NCBI GenBank assembly: GCA_005888925.1
Contig: VBCP01000068.1
Coordinates: 1 to 41,106, forward strand
Source: Betaproteobacteria bacterium
GTDB taxonomy: Bacteria > Pseudomonadota > Gammaproteobacteria > Burkholderiales > SG8-39
DNA length: 41,106 nt
Direction: 5' to 3'
The notes under the pieces are model-generated. The model was not told the origin of the DNA. It saw only the letters and a list, made by a program, of their open reading frames with translations, and made no database searches. The number at the start of each line of letters is the position of its first letter. The stretch's first letter is position 1. Of this stretch, positions 36,308 through 41,106 are shown piece by piece. Made by a program: the position numbers and the translations under genes.

Positions 36308-37226
36308 CGTCTTTCTCCTTTCCACGGTCGTCGCCGCGATCGCGCTCGTCGCGCTCGCGATCTGGTACATCGTGGCGATGCCGGGCCACTCCCACGAGGG
36401 CGCGCTCAACTTCACCCCGGCGGAAACCGAGCTCGCCGCTCGATTGCGCGCGCACGTCGAGGCGCTCGCCGCCGGCGAGCGCAATGTCGATCTCGAGCGG
36501 CCCGCGCGCTATATCGAGCAGCAGTTCGGCGGCTCGCGCTCGCAGCAGTTTCAAAGCGGCGGCCGCTGGGTGCGCAACATCGAGGCCGGTGCCGGCCCGA
36601 TCGTGGTCGGCGCGCACTACGACACGGTGCCGGGCTCGCCGGGCGCCGACGACAACGCTTCAGGCGTCGCGGTGCTGCTCGAGCTCGCGCGCATGGGACT
36701 GCCGGCGCGCTTCGTCGCCTTTGCCAACGAAGAGATGCCGTATTTCCAGAGCGGCGAAATGGGCAGCCATGCCTGGGCGGCGCGCGCTCACCGCGCCGGG
36801 GACAAGATCAGCGCGATGCTGTCGCTCGAGATGCTCGGCTACTACCGCAACGTCCCGCGCAGCCAGGGCTACCCGCCGCCGCTCGGCTGGTTCTATCCCG
36901 ATCGCGCCAACTTCATCGCTTTTGTCGGGGATCTGGATGCCCGACGCCTGGTGCGGCACGCTGTTGGCTTCTTCAGAAAGTATGCGAAGTTTCCGGCCGA
37001 GGGTGTGGCCGCGCCGGCGGGCATTCCCGGCGTGACCTGGTCGGACCACTGGTCTTTTCGGAGCCACGGCTATCCGGCGATCATGGTCACCGACACCGCC
37101 TTCTATCGCTATCCCCACTACCACCTGCCGAGCGATACGCCGGAGAAGCTCGACTACATGCGCATGGCGCGCGTGACGCTGGGTTTGGCAGCCGTCATCA
37201 AGGAACTGGCCAATGAAAATCGGTGA
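36303..37226 (+). CDS. M28-family zinc peptidase with N-terminal membrane anchor
   Basis: GAHYD, GADDNASG, ANEE, SLEM, SDH, YH..SD. A hydrophobic segment in frame upstream of GTG 36372 suggests an earlier start, possibly ATT 36303; start uncertain. Confidence 0.8.
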   Translation: MSVFLLSTVVAAIALVALAIWYIVAMPGHSHEGALNFTPAETELAARLRAHVEALAAGERNVDLERPARYIEQQFGGSRSQQFQSGGRWVRNIEAGAGPIVVGAHYDTVPGSPGADDNASGVAVLLELARMGLPARFVAFANEEMPYFQSGEMGSHAWAARAHRAGDKISAMLSLEMLGYYRNVPRSQGYPPPLGWFYPDRANFIAFVGDLDARRLVRHAVGFFRKYAKFPAEGVAAPAGIPGVTWSDHWSFRSHGYPAIMVTDTAFYRYPHYHLPSDTPEKLDYMRMARVTLGLAAVIKELANENR

Positions 37227-38028
37227 GCTCAACGTCAACCGCATCGGTTATGGCGCGATGCGGGTGATCGAGGATCCCAGTATCTGGGGTCCGCCGAAGG
37301 ACAAGGCGAACGCCCACCGGGTACTGCGGCGCGCCTACGAGCTCGGCGCGAACTTCTTCGACACCGCCGAGAGCTACGGACCGCACTACAGCGAGATCAC
37401 CATCGCGGAGGCCATGCATCCGTATCCGAAGGATCTCGTCATCGGCACGAAGTGCGGCCTTTCGCGCCCGAAGCCGTCGCGCTGGGACGAGGACGGCCAT
37501 CCGGAGAAGCTGCGCAAGGACTTGGAAGGCAGCCTCAAGCGCCTCAAGCTCGGGCGGATCGACCTCTACCAGCTCCATGCCCCCGACCCGAAAGTGCCGT
37601 TCGAGGACCAGATCGGCGCGCTCGCCGAGTTCCAGCGCGAAGGCAAGGTGCGGCACGTGGGCCTCTCGAACGTCACGGTGAAGCAGTTCGAGCAGGCGCG
37701 CAAAATCGTGCCGATCGTCTCGGTGCAGAACCGCTACAACCTCGGCGACCGCAGCTCCGAGGACGTGCTCAAGGCCTGCGAGCACCTGGGCATCGCCTTC
37801 CTGCCGTGGTTTCCGCTGGGCGACGGCGCCTCGCTCGATTCTGCCAGGGTGAAAGCGCTGGCCAAGAAGCTGGGCGCCGCGCCCTCGCAGGTCGTGATTG
37901 CTTGGCTGCTGCAGAAATCGCCGGTGATGCTGCCGATCCCCGGCACGGGCTCGGTCGAGCATCTCGAGGAGAACATGGCGGCTGCCAAATTGCGCTTGAG
38001 CGCTGCGGATATGGCTGCGCTGCAATGA
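37213..38028 (+). CDS. aldo/keto reductase
   Basis: IGYGAMR, DTAESYG, GTKCG, DLYQLH, GLSNV, VQNRYN, PIPGT. Confidence 0.9.
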   Translation: MKIGELNVNRIGYGAMRVIEDPSIWGPPKDKANAHRVLRRAYELGANFFDTAESYGPHYSEITIAEAMHPYPKDLVIGTKCGLSRPKPSRWDEDGHPEKLRKDLEGSLKRLKLGRIDLYQLHAPDPKVPFEDQIGALAEFQREGKVRHVGLSNVTVKQFEQARKIVPIVSVQNRYNLGDRSSEDVLKACEHLGIAFLPWFPLGDGASLDSARVKALAKKLGAAPSQVVIAWLLQKSPVMLPIPGTGSVEHLEENMAAAKLRLSAADMAALQ

Positions 38029-39095
38029 GCGCACGCGACAGCGACGAAGTGTTCTATGCGCGCACCTTCGCGGTCGCCGCGCTCGCGCTCGTCGCCTACC
38101 TGCTCTACTCGGTCCTCGCCCCGTTCCTCGCGCCGATCGCCTGGGCGCTGTTCATCGCCTTCCTGCTCCACCCCGCGCAGAGCTCGCTCGTGCGGCGCCT
38201 GTCGGGCCGCGCGAACCTCTCGGCCGCCCTCCTAACTCTCGTGGCGTTCCTGATCCTGGTGGGACCACTCGCCGCCCTGGGTACCGCCTTTGCCAGACAG
38301 GCAGGCGAGCTGCTGCGCTATGCGCAGCAGTACGCCGCCGACCATCGCGTAGCGGCGCCGACCGATCTCGCGAGCGTGCCCTTCGTCGGCTCCGCTCTGG
38401 CGTGGCTCGAACAGAACATCGGCATCTCGCTCGAGCAGGTGCAGGACTGGGCGGTGGAGGCGGCGCGCACGGTGCTCGGCTTGCTCGCCACGCTCGGGCG
38501 CTCGGCATTTCTCGGCGCCCTGGGCACGCTGGTCGGCTTCCTCATCATGATGTTCATCCTGTTCTTCGCGATCCGCGACGGCGCGGCGCTGTTCGAGCGG
38601 CTGCGCGAGCTGGTTCCCATGCGCGACGAAGACAAGAAGCGGCTCTTCCGCCATCTCGGCTCGGTCACGCGCGCGATGGTCTACGGCACGGGCGTGACGG
38701 CCCTCGTGCAGGGCGCGCTCGTCGCCATCGGTTTCGCGGTGGCGGGTCTTCCCTCCCCGGTCGTGTTCGGCGTGCTGGCGGCGCTCTTCGCTCTCGTGCC
38801 CATGGCCGGCACCCCGGTGGTGTGGGTGCCCGCGGTCGTCGTGCTCGCGGTGCAGGGACGCGTCACCGCGGCGGTTCTGATGCTGATCTGGGGTGGCTTC
38901 GTCGTCACGATCGACAATTTCTTGCGGCCGATGCTCGTCTCGGGCAAGGCCGAGGTCGCCACCCTCACCGTGTTCATCGGCGTGCTCGGCGGCGTCGCCG
39001 CGTTCGGACCGATCGGCATCGTGCTCGGCCCGCTCGTGCTCGCGCTGGGGATCGCCCTGGTACAGTTCAAGCTCGACGAGCGCGCCGCGCGCTAA
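38025..39095 (+). CDS. AI-2E family transporter (YdiK/TqsA-like)
   Basis: Multi-TM; FFAIRDG, QGALV.IGF, IDNFLRP, GVLGG..AFG.IGIVLGP; ATG 38025 overlaps the AKR stop. Confidence 0.88.
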   Translation: MSARDSDEVFYARTFAVAALALVAYLLYSVLAPFLAPIAWALFIAFLLHPAQSSLVRRLSGRANLSAALLTLVAFLILVGPLAALGTAFARQAGELLRYAQQYAADHRVAAPTDLASVPFVGSALAWLEQNIGISLEQVQDWAVEAARTVLGLLATLGRSAFLGALGTLVGFLIMMFILFFAIRDGAALFERLRELVPMRDEDKKRLFRHLGSVTRAMVYGTGVTALVQGALVAIGFAVAGLPSPVVFGVLAALFALVPMAGTPVVWVPAVVVLAVQGRVTAAVLMLIWGGFVVTIDNFLRPMLVSGKAEVATLTVFIGVLGGVAAFGPIGIVLGPLVLALGIALVQFKLDERAAR

Positions 39096-39121
39096 CATAA
39101 AAAACTAGGAGGATGTGCCTC

Positions 39122-40081
39122 ATGCGTCTCGCTTCATGGATATTCATTTTCCTTTTCGGCATGGCGAGCGGTGCGCTCGCGCAGAGCGACTACCCGTCCA
39201 AGCCGATCCGCATCGTCGTCGGCTATGCCGCCGGCGGCGGCAACGACATCATCGTGCGCGTGATGCAGCCGGAGATGTCCAAGGGCCTCGGGCAGCCGGT
39301 GATCGTCGAGAACAAGCCCGGCGCGCAGTCGATCATCGCCGCCGAAACCGTGGCGAAGGCCGCGCCCGACGGCTACACCATCCTGATGGGGCCGAGCGGG
39401 CCGATGACGATCAACCCGGCCACCTACTCCAAGCTGCCGTACGACGCGCAGCGCGACTTCGCGCCGATCTCGCTCATCTGCCAGTTTCCGCTGATCGTCG
39501 CCGTCAACGCCGCGCTGCCGGTGCGCAGCGTGAAGGAGCTGATCGCCTACGCCAAGGCGAATCCCGGCAAGGCGAATTACTCCTCGAGCGCGGGAATTTT
39601 CCAGGTCACGACCGAGCTCTTCAAGCAGAAGACCGGCACGAGCTTCGTCATGATCCCTTACAAGAGCAGCGGCGAATCGGTGCAGGCGCTGCTCACCGGC
39701 GACGCGATGGTGACGTTCGTCGATCCGCCGCCCGTGACCGCGCCGCTCAAAGCCGGCACGGTCCGCGGGCTCGCCATCACGTCGGCGACGCGCCATCCTT
39801 CGTGGCCCAACCTGCCGACGATGGCGCAAGCCGGCGTGCCGGACATGGAAGTGCCGGTATGGACCGCGTTCTTCGCGCCGGCGAAGACGCCGAGCGCGAT
39901 CGTCGCGCGGCTGCAGAAGGAAGTGGCGCGTGTCGTGCACACCGCCGAGGTCAAGGAGCGCTTCGCCCAGATGGGCCTCGATCCGGTGGGCGGCACGCCG
40001 GATGAGCTGGCGAAGATCGTCGCGCGCGACCTCGAGAAATACACCGCCGTCGCGAAAGCCGCGAACATCAAGAACGACTAG
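39122..40081 (+). CDS. Bug/TctC substrate-binding protein
   Basis: YPSKPIRIVVGYAAGGGND, ENKPGA, IPYKS; GGAGG 9 nt before ATG 39122 (ATG 39113 abuts the SD). Confidence 0.9.
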   Translation: MRLASWIFIFLFGMASGALAQSDYPSKPIRIVVGYAAGGGNDIIVRVMQPEMSKGLGQPVIVENKPGAQSIIAAETVAKAAPDGYTILMGPSGPMTINPATYSKLPYDAQRDFAPISLICQFPLIVAVNAALPVRSVKELIAYAKANPGKANYSSSAGIFQVTTELFKQKTGTSFVMIPYKSSGESVQALLTGDAMVTFVDPPPVTAPLKAGTVRGLAITSATRHPSWPNLPTMAQAGVPDMEVPVWTAFFAPAKTPSAIVARLQKEVARVVHTAEVKERFAQMGLDPVGGTPDELAKIVARDLEKYTAVAKAANIKND

Positions 40082-40084
40082 GCT

Positions 40085-40696
40085 CTAGAGCGGCCGGATC
40101 TGCACCTTGCGCCACTTGATCGGGCCGCCTTCGACACCCTTCACGCCGGGTCCGTACTGCAGCGCGAATGGCCCGGACGCGTGCTTGCTGTCCTGCACGC
40201 TGACTGTCTGCACGCCGTTCAGCTTCACCGTGAGCTGGTTGCCCTTCGCGCTGATCTCGTAGGTGTTCCATTTGCCGCCCGCCTTGTTGACGATCGGCAC
40301 GGGAACGGCGGCGACGTCGACGATCGCGCCCGTACCGTACTTCGGCTCGGGGCGGATATCCCAGATGTTGACCTCGTAGCAGGTTGCGGCGCCCACTTTC
40401 GCCGGATCGGCGCAGCGGAGGAAAACACCGCTGTTGGTATCCGTCGCGGCCCAGAATTCGGCGCGGATCTCGAAATCCCCGTAGGCATTCTTCGAGACGA
40501 GATAGCCGCCCTTGCCTTTGTCGGCAACGATCGCGCCGCCTTCGGCGCGCCAGTTGGCGTCGCCCAAGCGGCTGAAATTCTCGAGGCCCTTGTCGCCGTC
40601 CACCAACGTCTCCCAGCCCATGCCCGGGATGCGCATCTGCGCGCAGCCCGCCACCGCAACGACGAACGCAGCCGCAGCGAAACCGTACCGTTTCAT
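40085..40696 (-). CDS. DUF1080 (3-keto-disaccharide hydrolase-like) lipoprotein
   Basis: Lipobox VAGC; YGDFEIRAEF, NSGVFLR, YEVNI, KWNTYEI, GPFALQ, IKWRKVQIRPL; SD GAGGAGG. Confidence 0.82.
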   Translation of the reverse strand: MKRYGFAAAAFVVAVAGCAQMRIPGMGWETLVDGDKGLENFSRLGDANWRAEGGAIVADKGKGGYLVSKNAYGDFEIRAEFWAATDTNSGVFLRCADPAKVGAATCYEVNIWDIRPEPKYGTGAIVDVAAVPVPIVNKAGGKWNTYEISAKGNQLTVKLNGVQTVSVQDSKHASGPFALQYGPGVKGVEGGPIKWRKVQIRPL

Positions 40697-40726
40697 GGTC
40701 CCCTCCTCCTCTGTGAAACGCTGATT

Positions 40727-41106
40727 CTAAGCCGGCTGATAGCGCGCGATGCGCTGGCGCGTCTCGCGCATGTCGTCGCCGCGCAGCTCCCGCAGCGCGT
40801 AGCCGACGAAGGCTGCGGTCACGTCCTTGCGCCAGTAGAGGTCGAGGTCGGCGTTGTCCATCGGCTTCGCCCGCGACGCAACCAGGCGCCCGGCTTCGGC
40901 GATCACCTCGTCCGTTAGTTGTTTGCCCTTGAGGAATTGGTTCGCCGAATCCACTAAAAAAGGCCGCGAGGCCACTGCACCGAGCGCGATGCGCGCATTG
41001 TCGTCGTGCATCGCGGCGGCGACGCCCAGCACCGGGAAGTCGAACGCGCCGCGGCGCCGCAGCTTCCAGTAGGTACTGGGCACGTTCTCGAACCGCACCT
41101 CGGTGA
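40727..41106 (-). CDS. xanthine dehydrogenase-family FAD-binding subunit, C-terminal part (4-hydroxybenzoyl-CoA reductase beta-like)
   Basis: YWKLRRRGAFDFPVLGVAA, ARIALGAVASRP, AKPMDN...YWRK; 5' end lies outside the window. Confidence 0.78.
   Translation of the reverse strand, partial: TEVRFENVPSTYWKLRRRGAFDFPVLGVAAAMHDDNARIALGAVASRPFLVDSANQFLKGKQLTDEVIAEAGRLVASRAKPMDNADLDLYWRKDVTAAFVGYALRELRGDDMRETRQRIARYQPA

Noticed and set aside
1..41106. CRISPR arrays, tRNA/rRNA, IS elements, prophage or defence genes, intrinsic terminators
   Set aside because: No regularly spaced repeats, cloverleafs, transposase/integrase motifs or convincing hairpin + U-tract seen; nearly all sequence is assigned to metabolic or signalling CDS.

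Overview
High-GC (roughly 70% by eye), gene-dense bacterial chromosomal window, probably a betaproteobacterium (inferred from six orphan Bug/TctC-type binding-protein loci with no TctA/TctB). About 37 coding loci; no rRNA, tRNA, CRISPR array or mobile element seen. It holds three apparent catabolic modules of unknown substrate: VOC protein <> Rieske oxygenase + glutamine-synthetase-like ligase + Bug; MarR-EthD-cupin-HpaB-like-DUF2848-MAPEG <> FAD monooxygenase + Bug; and PuuE-like deacetylase + LVIVD protein <> Bug remnant + hydrolase + SDR. It also has two large GGDEF-EAL sensors and a YcaQ/AlkZ-family glycosylase. The most novel-looking locus is an HTH + class I SAM-methyltransferase-fold fusion coupled to a MetF-like gene and divergent from a cystathionine beta-synthase / gamma-lyase operon, with two GTGGG-N6-CCCAC-like boxes between them (candidate SAM-sensing homocysteine switch). 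Four divergent gene pairs share 19-24 bp spacers with overlapping TAnnnT boxes, consistent with bidirectional leaderless promoters. Several genes carry lesions: two frameshifting deletions, one in-frame TAG, two probable in-frame deletions, and a Bug gene collapsed to 30 codons. All family calls come from motif recognition by eye, not database searches.
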